Shown here: one piece after another, positions 1 to 8,430 of the stretch
Layout: each line of letters begins with the position of its first letter
Position numbering within the stretch: position 1 is the first letter of the stretch
Source: a virus
Reading direction: 5' to 3' (one strand)
IMG/VR virus record: IMGVR_UViG_3300025660_000003
Location: 1-64,000 of that record
DNA length: 64,000 nt
The notes under the pieces: generated by a model
Seen by the model: the letters and a program-made list of their open reading frames with translations, nothing else
Database searches by the model: none
What the model was told of the DNA's origin: nothing
Translations under genes and position numbers: made by a program

Positions 1-312
1 GGGGGTCAGGCCACAGCCGGTCGCCAGCACACGGTCAATGACGTACTGCGGCTGGTTGCTGATGGCGAAGTCCCGCTGACCCTGCTCGACGTGCCACTTC
101 ATCCGGCGAAGTCGCGCCTCGACTGCCGCCCTGACCAGCTCTGTGCTGTCGTCCATCAGGACGACCACACTCGTCGGCAGCGCCGTGGGCCAGAAGGCTG
201 ACCAGTCCGCGTTTGCGGCGAGGGCCGCAGCAGCCTTGGCCAGCATTTCGTCTAGGTTGACGAAGTTCCACTGGGGTATGGCCCTGAGCTGCTTCTGTTC
301 GGCTTCGTACAT
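1..312 (-). CDS. Hypothetical protein, runs off the left end of the window
   Basis: ATG at 312 with GGAG upstream; frame open to position 1 (MYEAEQKQLRAIPQWNFVNLDEMLAK...); preceded by a GGCTCAG-N16-GTAGT motif. Absent from the ORF track because it has no stop in the window. Confidence 0.75.
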   Translation of the reverse strand, partial: MYEAEQKQLRAIPQWNFVNLDEMLAKAAAALAANADWSAFWPTALPTSVVVLMDDSTELVRAAVEARLRRMKWHVEQGQRDFAISNQPQYVIDRVLATGCGLTP

Positions 313-327
313 GGTGTCTCCGGGGCT

Positions 328-355
328 ACTACGGGGTGGGTCGGGAGTCTGAGCC
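328..355 (-). promoter_or_regulatory. Class I promoter-like motif GGCTCAG-N16-GTAGT, copy 1
   Basis: Minus strand GGCTCAG(355-349)-16 nt-GTAGT(332-328), just upstream of RBS and ATG 312. Confidence 0.8.
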
Positions 356-356
356 G

Positions 357-935
357 CTACCAGCGACGGTAGCTGCCCCGACCTTGGCTCCGGCCCCGGC
401 GGGGCTGCTGGTAGCTCTGGTTGCTGCGGTTCAGGTCTTCAGCCGTCTTCCAGCAGAGGTCGGCACAGACCTGGTTGCCGCCGGTCTTGACGCCCGTGTG
501 CTTGTTGGTGCGGACCTTGCTCACGAACTTCGGGGCTCCGCAGTGGCAGCGCGGGATGCTGACCACAGCCTTCCAGCAGTCCCGCATCCGCAGGATGACC
601 CGCTTGGTGATCTCGTCGATGACGCCCGTGCGGTTGACCCGCTTCTGAGCGGAGGCGATGCCACGCTCGCGGCCGTCTCGGCTGCGGTACATGACGCAGA
701 CCCGGATGGCGTCCTTGGCGACCGCTCTGGTCATGTCGCCTTCGATGGTCGAGTAGACCAGCACCCTGATCTTGCCGTCCGTGTTCGGGACCTCTCGGGC
801 GAACACTCGCTCCTTGGTTCCGTCGATGGTCGTCTCGATGAAGAGCGCCCTTGCGAACAGGGCCAGCAGTTCGGTCGCCAGCGTGCGGCGGTGGTCTCGG
901 TCGCGGGGGTCGTACTTGCTCGTCGGGTGGGTCAT
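357..935 (-). CDS. Hypothetical protein with C-terminal Cys cluster (possible Zn finger) and Arg-rich tail
   Basis: 192 aa; CHCG...CADLC; GGAG RBS; own class I motif. Confidence 0.8.
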   Translation of the reverse strand: MTHPTSKYDPRDRDHRRTLATELLALFARALFIETTIDGTKERVFAREVPNTDGKIRVLVYSTIEGDMTRAVAKDAIRVCVMYRSRDGRERGIASAQKRVNRTGVIDEITKRVILRMRDCWKAVVSIPRCHCGAPKFVSKVRTNKHTGVKTGGNQVCADLCWKTAEDLNRSNQSYQQPRRGRSQGRGSYRRW

Positions 936-964
936 CGCTTGCTCCGTATCGTTCGTCCACCTCC

Positions 965-992
965 ACTACTGACGGGGTTATGTTTCTGAGCC
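965..992 (-). promoter_or_regulatory. Class I promoter-like motif, copy 2 (divergent pair with copy 3)
   Basis: Minus strand GGCTCAG(992-986)-16 nt-GTAGT(969-965). Confidence 0.8.
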
Positions 993-1023
993 CCAAATCG
1001 CAGATAGTTTCCGCGAAAATAGG

Positions 1024-1051
1024 GGCTCAGAACGCAGGGCACGTCAGTAGT
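1024..1051 (+). promoter_or_regulatory. Class I promoter-like motif, copy 3
   Basis: GGCTCAG(1024-1030)-16 nt-GTAGT(1047-1051), then AAGGAG RBS and ATG 1069. Confidence 0.8.
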
Positions 1052-1068
1052 AGGGGTGAAGGAGAGAC

Positions 1069-2457
1069 ATGGCACGACGACCCCGAACGCTGGTGATCTT
1101 GAGCTACGGCCTTGGCTGGGACAGCACCGCCATCCTGGTCCGCTGGCTGCTCGACCCCTCCAGCCGAGACTTCGACCTCCGCGACCTCATCGTCGTCACG
1201 GCGATGACGGGGGACGAGTTCAAGTCGATGGGCGTCCTGGTCGAGAAGTACATCCTCCCCCTGATGCGAGCCCACGGAGTCCGCTTCGTGCAGGTCGCTC
1301 GCGGCGGGGCCAGCACCCGCGCTGGCGTCACCATCCTCGATGACTCCCGCTCCCCCACGAAGGTCTACCTCGACGGCGTCTACAAGCTGTCCGACGAGAT
1401 GCTGGAGTCAGCCACCGTCCCGCAGTTCGGTGGAGCCCGACTCTGCTCGCAGAAGCAGAAGGGCGTCCCCCTCGACTTCATCATCGACAAGCTGACCAAG
1501 GGCAAGCCCTTCCGACACGTCATGGGCTTCAACGCCGACGAGTTGAACCGGGTCGCCCGCGATGCCAGCTACTCCACCGTCACCCGCAAGTCCGAGTACC
1601 CGCTGGTCACCTGGGGCTGGGGCCGGGCGAAGCTCTCCGAGTACGTCCGCGAGTCCCTCGGTGTCGAGTGGGAGAAGAGCTGCTGCACCTTCTGTCCGTT
1701 CGCTGGCTCCTGCAAGGCCGAGAAGATGGAGGCCCTGACCTCCCGCTACACCGCCGAGCCCGAAGCCGCCGTGCTGGCCCTGACCATCGAGCGTCGGTCC
1801 CTGGCGATGAACGTCCGCCAGCCCCTCTTCGCCAAGACCTCCCTGTTCGACGTGCTGGCACAGACCGATCCCGCACTGGTCGCCCTCTTCGAGAAGGACT
1901 GGAACTCCGCGAAGGCCTGGAGCCTCTACCGCGTCCGCCGCAGCTTCCGTGGAGTCGGACAGGCCGTCCGCAGCCTGGAGTGCATCGCCACCGGCCCGAA
2001 GGCCCGGATGCTTGCCCGGCAAGCATCGTTCGGCGAGGTGGAGCACACCGCTGGTTCGCCCCGTGTCTTCGTGCAGCGCAAGGTCGAGGACGTGTTCCCC
2101 GTCAACGAGGATATGTACGTCGTCGCCCCGGCTGGTGTCGCCCCGAAGACCAACGCGATGTTCGACGCCTACTGGGTCCGCACCGGAGAGGTCGAGGCAG
2201 CCCGAGCGACCGGGGCCGATGAGCCCTGTCCGAAGGCACGGGCGATGAGCTTCGTGCTCCGGTACGTCGTGACCCACGCGGCCAACACCTTCACCAAGGG
2301 CGATGTCCAGCGAGCCGCCGGAGCCTCCGGGGTCTTCACCAAGGAGGCCGGAGCCGCCTACGACGAGCTGAAGGCCGAAGGCCGGTTCGGCAAGGTCGGC
2401 AAGCGCATGACTCTGGCCCCCGCCGCCTGGGGCTCAGTCGAAGCCTCACCCGCGTAG
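1069..2457 (+). CDS. PP-loop (PAPS-reductase/DndC-like) protein with Cys cluster and possible C-terminal winged helix
   Basis: LSYGLGWDSTA (SxGxDS PP-loop), TGDE, CSQKQK, GFNADE, EYPL, KSCCTFCPF motifs. Confidence 0.8.
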   Translation: MARRPRTLVILSYGLGWDSTAILVRWLLDPSSRDFDLRDLIVVTAMTGDEFKSMGVLVEKYILPLMRAHGVRFVQVARGGASTRAGVTILDDSRSPTKVYLDGVYKLSDEMLESATVPQFGGARLCSQKQKGVPLDFIIDKLTKGKPFRHVMGFNADELNRVARDASYSTVTRKSEYPLVTWGWGRAKLSEYVRESLGVEWEKSCCTFCPFAGSCKAEKMEALTSRYTAEPEAAVLALTIERRSLAMNVRQPLFAKTSLFDVLAQTDPALVALFEKDWNSAKAWSLYRVRRSFRGVGQAVRSLECIATGPKARMLARQASFGEVEHTAGSPRVFVQRKVEDVFPVNEDMYVVAPAGVAPKTNAMFDAYWVRTGEVEAARATGADEPCPKARAMSFVLRYVVTHAANTFTKGDVQRAAGASGVFTKEAGAAYDELKAEGRFGKVGKRMTLAPAAWGSVEASPA

Positions 2458-2458
2458 T
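2431..2458 (+). promoter_or_regulatory. Class I promoter-like motif, copy 4
   Basis: GGCTCAG(2431-2437)-16 nt-GTAGT(2454-2458); its TAG is also the upstream stop codon; AAGGAG RBS and ATG 2475 follow. Confidence 0.8.
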
Positions 2459-2474
2459 CGGAGCAAGGAGATCC

Positions 2475-2702
2475 ATGCCCAGGTACACCAAGGCGCAGAA
2501 GGAACGAATGACCCGCTGGGCAGCTCGGTGGTGGGCTCAGTGCTTCAACGAGTGTCCGCCCCGGCACCCGAATCGAGAGCTTCACGCTCGGGCCTACGGC
2601 TTCTGGATGAACCGCACCGACCCGCTGCTCTCCCTGGATCTTGACGCGCTGTACGCGAAGACCGACGAGCTGCTCAGCACGAGACCGCCTAGTCGTCCGT
2701 GA
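2475..2702 (+). CDS. Small hypothetical protein
   Basis: 75 aa, AAGGAG RBS, own class I motif. Confidence 0.75.
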   Translation: MPRYTKAQKERMTRWAARWWAQCFNECPPRHPNRELHARAYGFWMNRTDPLLSLDLDALYAKTDELLSTRPPSRP

Positions 2703-3081
2703 ACTCCGGTGCGGGGACGTGTTGCCCCCCGCTGAAGTAGCAGGCCGGTCCCGGCAGATGGAACGACCCGAGGTCGGTCTCCCACCAGGTATTCACCATC
2801 TCCAGGTCGAGCATCCCGTACAGGTCGTCGGGGAGGCTCCCTAGCCCCGGCTCGATGAACCACTCGCCCTCGTATGTCCCCTGCGAGTGGAAGCCCTGTA
2901 GCGCCCTGTGGACGGCTCTCTCGCGTGGTCCCTGGTCCAGTACGACCAGGATGATGCGGAGCTTGAACGGGGAGCCCACCTGAAGGTCTTGTAGCCGACG
3001 TGGTGGGTTTGACGACCGGCCGACCTTGAAGGCTCCGGTCGTGTGGGACTGGATCAGGTAGAGGTGCTCACCGCCCCGCAT
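2689..3081 (-). CDS. T5orf172/MUG113-like GIY-YIG domain protein
   Basis: LYLIQ...FKVGRSSNPPRRLQDLQVGSP...ERAVHRAL...GEWF; start moved to ATG 3081. Confidence 0.85.
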   Translation of the reverse strand: MRGGEHLYLIQSHTTGAFKVGRSSNPPRRLQDLQVGSPFKLRIILVVLDQGPRERAVHRALQGFHSQGTYEGEWFIEPGLGSLPDDLYGMLDLEMVNTWWETDLGSFHLPGPACYFSGGQHVPAPEFTDD

Positions 3082-3232
3082 CGGGCTTCTCCGGCTTCTT
3101 GAACCCATCGCACTTGCAGGCCGCCCCGTCGCACTCCTGCCACAACGGGAGGAGCGGACGGAACTCGCGTCCGTGCAGGTGGCGGGGGTGGCCGCAGGTA
3201 CAGACATCGGCCCACTTGGGGTCGGGCTTCAC
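3068..3232 (-). CDS. 54-aa Cys/His Zn-finger microprotein
   Basis: GTG 3232 directly after the thyX stop; CTCGH-x4-H...C-x4-CKC-x2-F; it is the tail of the 3068..3988 shadow ORF. Confidence 0.65.
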   Translation of the reverse strand: MKPDPKWADVCTCGHPRHLHGREFRPLLPLWQECDGAACKCDGFKKPEKPDAGR

Positions 3233-3234
3233 GG

Positions 3235-4203
3235 TTACTCGCCGAGCAGCTTGTCGAGCTTCGCCAGCAGCTCCTTGCGCTCCCGGCCCTTGCCGAGCTT
3301 GGAGCCTTCGATGGCCCGAGCGATGACCACCTTGCGGTTCAGCTCGTCGAGGTCCGGGAGGACCGCGTGCAGGAGGGTCCGAATCCCCTGCACGTCGAAC
3401 CGGGACAGGTACATGCCGTTGAGCCGGTAGTCCTCGAACGCCTCCCAGGCCCACGGCACCCACACCTTCACGATCTCGGCGATGGCCTCGGCGTAGGAGC
3501 GGATCTCCTTCTGGGCGTGGGGGTCGAGCCGCAGGCCCAAGAAGTGGAAGAGGTTGTGGAGGTCCATCTTCCAGTACGCCTCGGTGTAGGTGGAGAGGGG
3601 CAAGTCCTTCCGGGCCACCTCCTTCGCCACACCGAAGGCCAGCCGCTCCTCGTAGAGCGCCCTTGCGTGGCCGTGAAACTCCGCTTCGCGCATGGAGAGG
3701 TAGGTCGGGGCGCTCATGTTCTCCGGCCCGCCGATGTTCGACAGGGTGTCCCTGGTGCCCCGGAACCCGAAGCCTTTCGGCCTCTCGAAGCCGTCCGGCC
3801 AGTCGGTCACGACCCCGCTGGAGCCCTGCTTGTTGTCCTTGCTCTGCGACCGCCACTCGGTTGCGAGCTGTGCGGAGTCGATGGCGGGGGCGTAGCGGGT
3901 CGAGGACTCGTTCACGTTCGCCGTGCGGTGGCGAATCCACTGTCGCCAGGCGTCCATCGGCACCCGGACGCGGATCTTCAGCTCGCACATCTCGAACGGC
4001 GTCGTGTGGCGGCAGCGCATCAGGTAGCGGAGCAGGTGCCGGTTCGAGGCGTCGGTGCTGGTGTCCGCAGACCCGAAGAAGCTGACCCGGGCCGCGTCGA
4101 TGATGGAGCGGTCGTCGCCCATCACGTCGATGAGCTGGACGTGCCCATCGTTCAGGACAGGGATGGGGGTCGTGAACGGCAACAGGCGGTCAGGCAGACT
4201 CAT
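3235..4203 (-). CDS. thyX: FAD-dependent thymidylate synthase
   Basis: AARVS, HTTPFE, RQWIRHRTANVNESSTRY (RHRx7S), EVARKDLP, LRLDPHAQKEIR motifs. Confidence 0.97.
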   Translation of the reverse strand: MSLPDRLLPFTTPIPVLNDGHVQLIDVMGDDRSIIDAARVSFFGSADTSTDASNRHLLRYLMRCRHTTPFEMCELKIRVRVPMDAWRQWIRHRTANVNESSTRYAPAIDSAQLATEWRSQSKDNKQGSSGVVTDWPDGFERPKGFGFRGTRDTLSNIGGPENMSAPTYLSMREAEFHGHARALYEERLAFGVAKEVARKDLPLSTYTEAYWKMDLHNLFHFLGLRLDPHAQKEIRSYAEAIAEIVKVWVPWAWEAFEDYRLNGMYLSRFDVQGIRTLLHAVLPDLDELNRKVVIARAIEGSKLGKGRERKELLAKLDKLLGE

Positions 4204-4226
4204 GCGGGGCTCCCAGGGTGAGGTGG

Positions 4227-4256
4227 TGTTCTGTCTATACCCGCAGGGCTAGTAGA
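4227..4256 (+). promoter_or_regulatory. Class II (late-type) motif T-N7-CTAT-N13-GTAGA
   Basis: At the head of the spanin/neck operon; the same motif recurs before other late genes. Confidence 0.55.
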
Positions 4257-4277
4257 ACCCACCCTGGGGAGATGCAC

Positions 4278-4589
4278 ATGCCTGAGACACCACCGCCCGC
4301 CGCTCCCACCATCCCCTCGCCGGGGAAGTGGACTGATCTTGCGTTCAAGGTGCTGTCCATCCTGGTGGTCCCCTTGTGCCTGTGGGGGGTCAAGCTGGAA
4401 GTCGGCCAGGCTGTCCAGGACACGAAGATCGAGACCCTGGAAGTAGAGGTGGTCGCCGCCAAGGCCATCAAGGCTGGCGTCCAGGCCAACACGGTCACCC
4501 TCGGACGGGTAGAGGAGAAGCTCAATGGGACGAATGCCCGGCTGGACGAGATTCGGTCTGATCTGCGTCGCAGCCTGCCTCCTCGGTAG
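4278..4589 (+). CDS. Putative i-spanin (Rz-like): single TM helix plus coiled coil
   Basis: GGGGAG RBS; LAFKVLSILVVPLCLWGV hydrophobic segment then heptad-like region; 3' end overlapped by a lipoprotein gene in another frame. Confidence 0.6.
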   Translation: MPETPPPAAPTIPSPGKWTDLAFKVLSILVVPLCLWGVKLEVGQAVQDTKIETLEVEVVAAKAIKAGVQANTVTLGRVEEKLNGTNARLDEIRSDLRRSLPPR

Positions 4590-5193
4590 TTGCGGCGACC
4601 CCACCCCCGTCCTGGAGCCCAACCTCGACGAGCTACTCAGCGGGGATTTCGATCTCATGGACATGGATTCCGATGGCGTCATGGACGTTCGGGACGATTT
4701 CCCTGGCGACGACGACTCGTCTGGCGACGACGACTCGTCTGGCGACGATGACTCGGCCCCGCTGTTGACCGTGGACCCGGTGGCGGTAGCGAAGGCCTGG
4801 GGAGTAGAGCCCACCCCGAAGTCGGAGCCCGCCTACGAGCCGGACCGATCAGGGAAGAAGCACGCCCCGGTCCCGGAGCTGATGGTTGAGGCTGCTGCGA
4901 TGCAGGAGCAGCGGGTGGTGGTGAAGCGGACCGACGTGAAGACGGAGATCCTCGATACGGACGTTGAGGATCTGGCAGCGGCGATCAGAGCGGCCCGGTA
5001 CGCCCGGCTCGACGAGTACGCGCAGAAGTGGCACTGGAAGGTGGAGGCCCCGAGCGACTGGCTCGTCAGGCACCCCGAGAAGCTGGAGTGGTGGAAGGAG
5101 TGGGTGGAGCTGAAGCCGGAGGCCGATGCTCTTGCACTCGCTCGCGCGGCTGTTGCGGTCAAGGAAGCTGCTGGCGAGGTGCCTGGTGACTGA
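4525..5193 (+). CDS. Lipoprotein, putative o-spanin (Rz1-like), with Asp-rich repeats
   Basis: GAGGAG RBS inside the upstream gene; signal peptide with lipobox candidates VAAC18 / LGSC23; 65-nt overlap with the TM/coiled-coil gene. Confidence 0.6.
   Translation: MGRMPGWTRFGLICVAACLLGSCGDPTPVLEPNLDELLSGDFDLMDMDSDGVMDVRDDFPGDDDSSGDDDSSGDDDSAPLLTVDPVAVAKAWGVEPTPKSEPAYEPDRSGKKHAPVPELMVEAAAMQEQRVVVKRTDVKTEILDTDVEDLAAAIRAARYARLDEYAQKWHWKVEAPSDWLVRHPEKLEWWKEWVELKPEADALALARAAVAVKEAAGEVPGD
4703..4756 (+). repeat. 3 x 18-bp in-frame tandem repeat encoding GDDDSS
   Basis: ctggcgacgacgactcgt x2 followed by ctggcgacgatgactcgg. Confidence 0.95.
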
Positions 5194-5461
5194 ACCGACC
5201 AAGCGTGAGATCCAGGCTGCTTTCGGGCAACGGGTCTACGAGTATCACGACGACAAGGGGACGGTGTACTACTCGTTCACCCAGGCTCCGAACATCATCT
5301 CGCCCCCGAAGCGGCTCAAGATGCAGAACCGGATCGGTGTCCATCTGGTGAACTTCGTGACGCGACTTCGGCGATTGAGCGACTCCATGCAGGTGCCGGA
5401 GGGGACGGCGGGTAGGGTGCCCCGCGTTGAGCAACACCCCCCTCCCGGAAGAAAACCATGA
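5186..5461 (+). CDS. Hypothetical protein
   Basis: GTG 5186 overlaps the previous gene end; stop overlaps the next ATG (ATGA). Confidence 0.65.
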   Translation: MTEPTKREIQAAFGQRVYEYHDDKGTVYYSFTQAPNIISPPKRLKMQNRIGVHLVNFVTRLRRLSDSMQVPEGTAGRVPRVEQHPPPGRKP

Positions 5462-5823
5462 GCGACAACGGCACCCCCCAGCAGCCTCCCCAGCCCCACA
5501 TCTTCGGTGAGGTCGAGCCCGACGAGCTTCAGCGGCTCGCCGGTCTGAAGCAGCAGGCGGACGGCATCATTCACCAGATGGGCGTCAACCGCGTCAACGA
5601 GCACCGGCTGATCATGCAGCTCAGTCAGTGCGAGCAGGCGACCAACGAGATCGTGAAGGTCGCGGGCGAACGCTTGGGCATCCCCAATGGCACCGCATGG
5701 TCCGTGACCAGCGACGGCAAGGCCGTCTCGGTCGGTCCGCAGCCGACACCTCCGCAGATGCGGCCGAACCTGTCCGCCGTCCCGACGCCGGACGCGGGCG
5801 AGGACACGACGCCGGAGGCGTGA
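5458..5823 (+). CDS. Hypothetical protein with coiled-coil core
   Basis: 121 aa, coupled to the upstream gene. Confidence 0.75.
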   Translation: MSDNGTPQQPPQPHIFGEVEPDELQRLAGLKQQADGIIHQMGVNRVNEHRLIMQLSQCEQATNEIVKVAGERLGIPNGTAWSVTSDGKAVSVGPQPTPPQMRPNLSAVPTPDAGEDTTPEA

Positions 5824-5837
5824 AGGGCAGGGTGTAG

Positions 5838-7235
5838 ATGACGACCAACCAGTGGGAGAGCGCCGGGCCAGTTCCGCTGCCCCCCAAGAACACTCAGGTC
5901 GTCAGCCCGTTCACCATCGGGATGCTCGATTTGCGGTGGGAGGACCCAGCGGTCCTCGCCCGCAACGTCGGGTTCACTCTCGTTGGGGTGAACATCTACC
6001 GCTCCGAGGCGTCTGACAGAGGCCCCTTCCGCCGCATCAACGAGTTCCCCATCGGGGGCACGTTCTTTCGCGACCGCACGGACTACGCACGCATCGACCG
6101 GGAGGCCGTGCGGTGGGACTCGGACTGGCTCTACAAGGGCAACGCCCCGAACGACCGGCGATGGACCTTCTGCACCCGCAACGTCATCTCCAAGCGGTTC
6201 AACTCGGCCCCCAATCAGGACGCTGACGACGCCGACTCGCCCACCGACGTACAGCTCTTCATCAACGGCGAGGAGATCCCCGTCGCTGATGTCTTCGGCT
6301 CCACTCGCCAGGTCACCCTCGTCAACGCCCCCGGCTTCGACGCAGCCACGGAGACCATCGAGGACCCGGTGATCCCCACGGCTACCGACGTGGTGGAGAT
6401 CAGCTACTACACGCCGAAGAACCACGTGAAGTCCGGGCTGGACATGAACCTCTGGTACCGCTTCACGTCGGTTGCCATCGACGCCAGCACCCCCAGCGGC
6501 TACGTCGAGACCCCGCTGGACTGGTGCGAGCCCCGGAGCCTGGTCGAGGTCGAGTCACTCGACTGGATCTGGCGGGAAGCCATGCGGCGGAACGCCTGGA
6601 TTCTTCAGCAGGGCGGGGAGCGGGTGAAGCTCTTCATCCGCAAGACATCCGGCGTCCCCTGCGATTGCCAGATCGAGGACAAGACCAGGGAGTACAGCAA
6701 GCAGCCCTCGCAGCGGTGCCTGGTGTGCTTCGGCTCCGGGTTCGTGGGGGGCTACGAAGGCCCCTACGAGGGCATCATCGTCCCCGACGATGCAGAGCGG
6801 CGGATCTCGCAGGCGGTCGGTGGTCGTCGCAAGGAGCACACCTACGAGGTCTGGACCGGCCCCAGCCCGCTGTTGACGCAGCGGGACTTCGTGGTCAAGC
6901 AGACCAACGAGCGGTACAGCATCGGGCCGGTACGACGGCCCAGCCATCGGGGCAACCTGATGCAGCAGCACTTCACCATCGCCTACTTCGACCAGGGCGA
7001 CATTCGCTACAAGGTGCCCATCTACGGGACCACGGAGCTTGCCTGGCCGCAGACCAGAGGTCAGCAGACACCTCGCGTCTTCTCTCCCCGGCCCGTGGAC
7101 CAGGCCCTTGAGGGTCTGCCCCAGTGGCCGGAAGGTGCTGACGGCGACAACCCGCAGATGACTGAGAAGTCGAACATCCCGGATGCACGGGAGCGGAGAG
7201 GCCGTTCCCGCGTCTGGGAGAACACTGAATACTGA
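5838..7235 (+). CDS. Neck / head-closure-like protein with Zn ribbon and N-terminal FN3/Ig-like modules
   Basis: GGERVKLFIRK...CDC...CLVCFGSGFVGGY...WTGPSPLLTQRDFVV...ERYSIGPV; lies upstream of the tail genes. Confidence 0.65.
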   Translation: MTTNQWESAGPVPLPPKNTQVVSPFTIGMLDLRWEDPAVLARNVGFTLVGVNIYRSEASDRGPFRRINEFPIGGTFFRDRTDYARIDREAVRWDSDWLYKGNAPNDRRWTFCTRNVISKRFNSAPNQDADDADSPTDVQLFINGEEIPVADVFGSTRQVTLVNAPGFDAATETIEDPVIPTATDVVEISYYTPKNHVKSGLDMNLWYRFTSVAIDASTPSGYVETPLDWCEPRSLVEVESLDWIWREAMRRNAWILQQGGERVKLFIRKTSGVPCDCQIEDKTREYSKQPSQRCLVCFGSGFVGGYEGPYEGIIVPDDAERRISQAVGGRRKEHTYEVWTGPSPLLTQRDFVVKQTNERYSIGPVRRPSHRGNLMQQHFTIAYFDQGDIRYKVPIYGTTELAWPQTRGQQTPRVFSPRPVDQALEGLPQWPEGADGDNPQMTEKSNIPDARERRGRSRVWENTEY

Positions 7236-7858
7236 TGGCCGGTCACGGCAAGGTGAAGGGCATCTACGCAGGCCCGGTCGCCAAGGTGCTGGACATCCCG
7301 GTCACCAAGGGTCTGCTGGAGAAGCTCGGCAAGTGCATGGTCGCGGCCTACGTCAAGGAGGCCAAGAAGGACTTCGCCAAGCGCGGCTGGTCCGGCGAGG
7401 CCCGTGACGGTTCGGCCCCCATCTGGGACTCATTCTCGTACCGCATCAGGGGCGACCGGACCATCGAGGTGCTGAGCACCTTCCCCGACATCGAGGTGTT
7501 GACCACTCAGGACATCCCCTCGCGGCGGATGACATGGCTGACGCAGGAGGGCAAGAACATGAAGCCCTCGCAGTACCCGGTCACCCCACGGGAAAAGAAG
7601 CTGGGGATGAAGCTGGGTGGCCGCGTCTCACAGAACAAGCGGATGCCCCTCGTGGTCCCCATGAAGGACAAGAGCGGCACGGTCGTCTTCCGCACAGCCC
7701 CATTGAAGATGCAGGACGCCTGGGTCCACCCCGGCATCGCGCGGTTCACCTTCATGGAGCGGGCGGTACGCACCGGCAAGGCTGGCTGTGTCCAGATCCT
7801 TGCTGATGAGGTCAGGAAGTCGCTAGGGCTGGAGCTGACGAAGCGGATGCGAGGATGA
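7235..7858 (+). CDS. Basic neck / tail-completion-like protein
   Basis: 207 aa, Lys/Arg-rich, WVHPG...FMERAV ending reminiscent of HK97 gp10-like proteins; neck position. Confidence 0.55.
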   Translation: MAGHGKVKGIYAGPVAKVLDIPVTKGLLEKLGKCMVAAYVKEAKKDFAKRGWSGEARDGSAPIWDSFSYRIRGDRTIEVLSTFPDIEVLTTQDIPSRRMTWLTQEGKNMKPSQYPVTPREKKLGMKLGGRVSQNKRMPLVVPMKDKSGTVVFRTAPLKMQDAWVHPGIARFTFMERAVRTGKAGCVQILADEVRKSLGLELTKRMRG

Positions 7859-8430
7859 TCGAGGCCGAGGTCACCTGCCAGTGTGCTCAGATTGCTCTGC
7901 CGGATCTGCGGCTGTCCATGGTGAACGGTCAGGTCGTCTATCTGGATGAGGCCGATGCAAAGGCATCGGTGGACCTTCAACGGGCGTGGAGGGCGAAGGC
8001 CGTCATCGTCAAGTACATCAAGCGATTCCGAGAGCGAAGGGCAGCCCGGCTGGCCCTCCCGGAGCCCCCTACGCAGCAGGGGGTAGGGTTCCTGCCGCCG
8101 GGACCGCTGGAACAGACCGTGGTGGTCGATGTCGAGGCGATAGCCCAGCGTGTCGCAGAGCTGCTGGAGCCTCGCCTTGTAGCCAGCGTCACAGCCTCCG
8201 TGGTGGCCGCTCTGCGCTCCGAAGGCCCCGTGGTGGTCGCTGGTACCCCGGCTGTGCCCGCCCCGCCACAGGCGCTCGTGGGGGATGACGTGCCGGTGTT
8301 CATCCCGTCGAAGATCGGCAACGCCCTGGAGGCCGACCTTGAACTCCAGGCGACCACGGCCACTGAGGGGGTAGTGTCTGACGCGGCTGCTGCCTTGCGG
8401 GCCGCCCGGAAGAAGCAGGAGCCGACATGA
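7855..8430 (+). CDS. Hypothetical protein coupled to the actin-like gene; Pro-rich linkers and C-terminal amphipathic helix
   Basis: 191 aa; ATGA overlaps on both sides; ends DAAAALRAARKKQEPT. Confidence 0.75.
   Translation: MIEAEVTCQCAQIALPDLRLSMVNGQVVYLDEADAKASVDLQRAWRAKAVIVKYIKRFRERRAARLALPEPPTQQGVGFLPPGPLEQTVVVDVEAIAQRVAELLEPRLVASVTASVVAALRSEGPVVVAGTPAVPAPPQALVGDDVPVFIPSKIGNALEADLELQATTATEGVVSDAAAALRAARKKQEPT

Noticed and set aside
2534-2540. Extra GGCTCAG matches, for example at 2534 and near 44907
   Set aside because: No GTAGT at the 16-nt spacing and located mid-gene.
4703-4756. Short repeat array as a possible CRISPR
   Set aside because: Contiguous in-frame 18-mers without spacers, and no cas genes.
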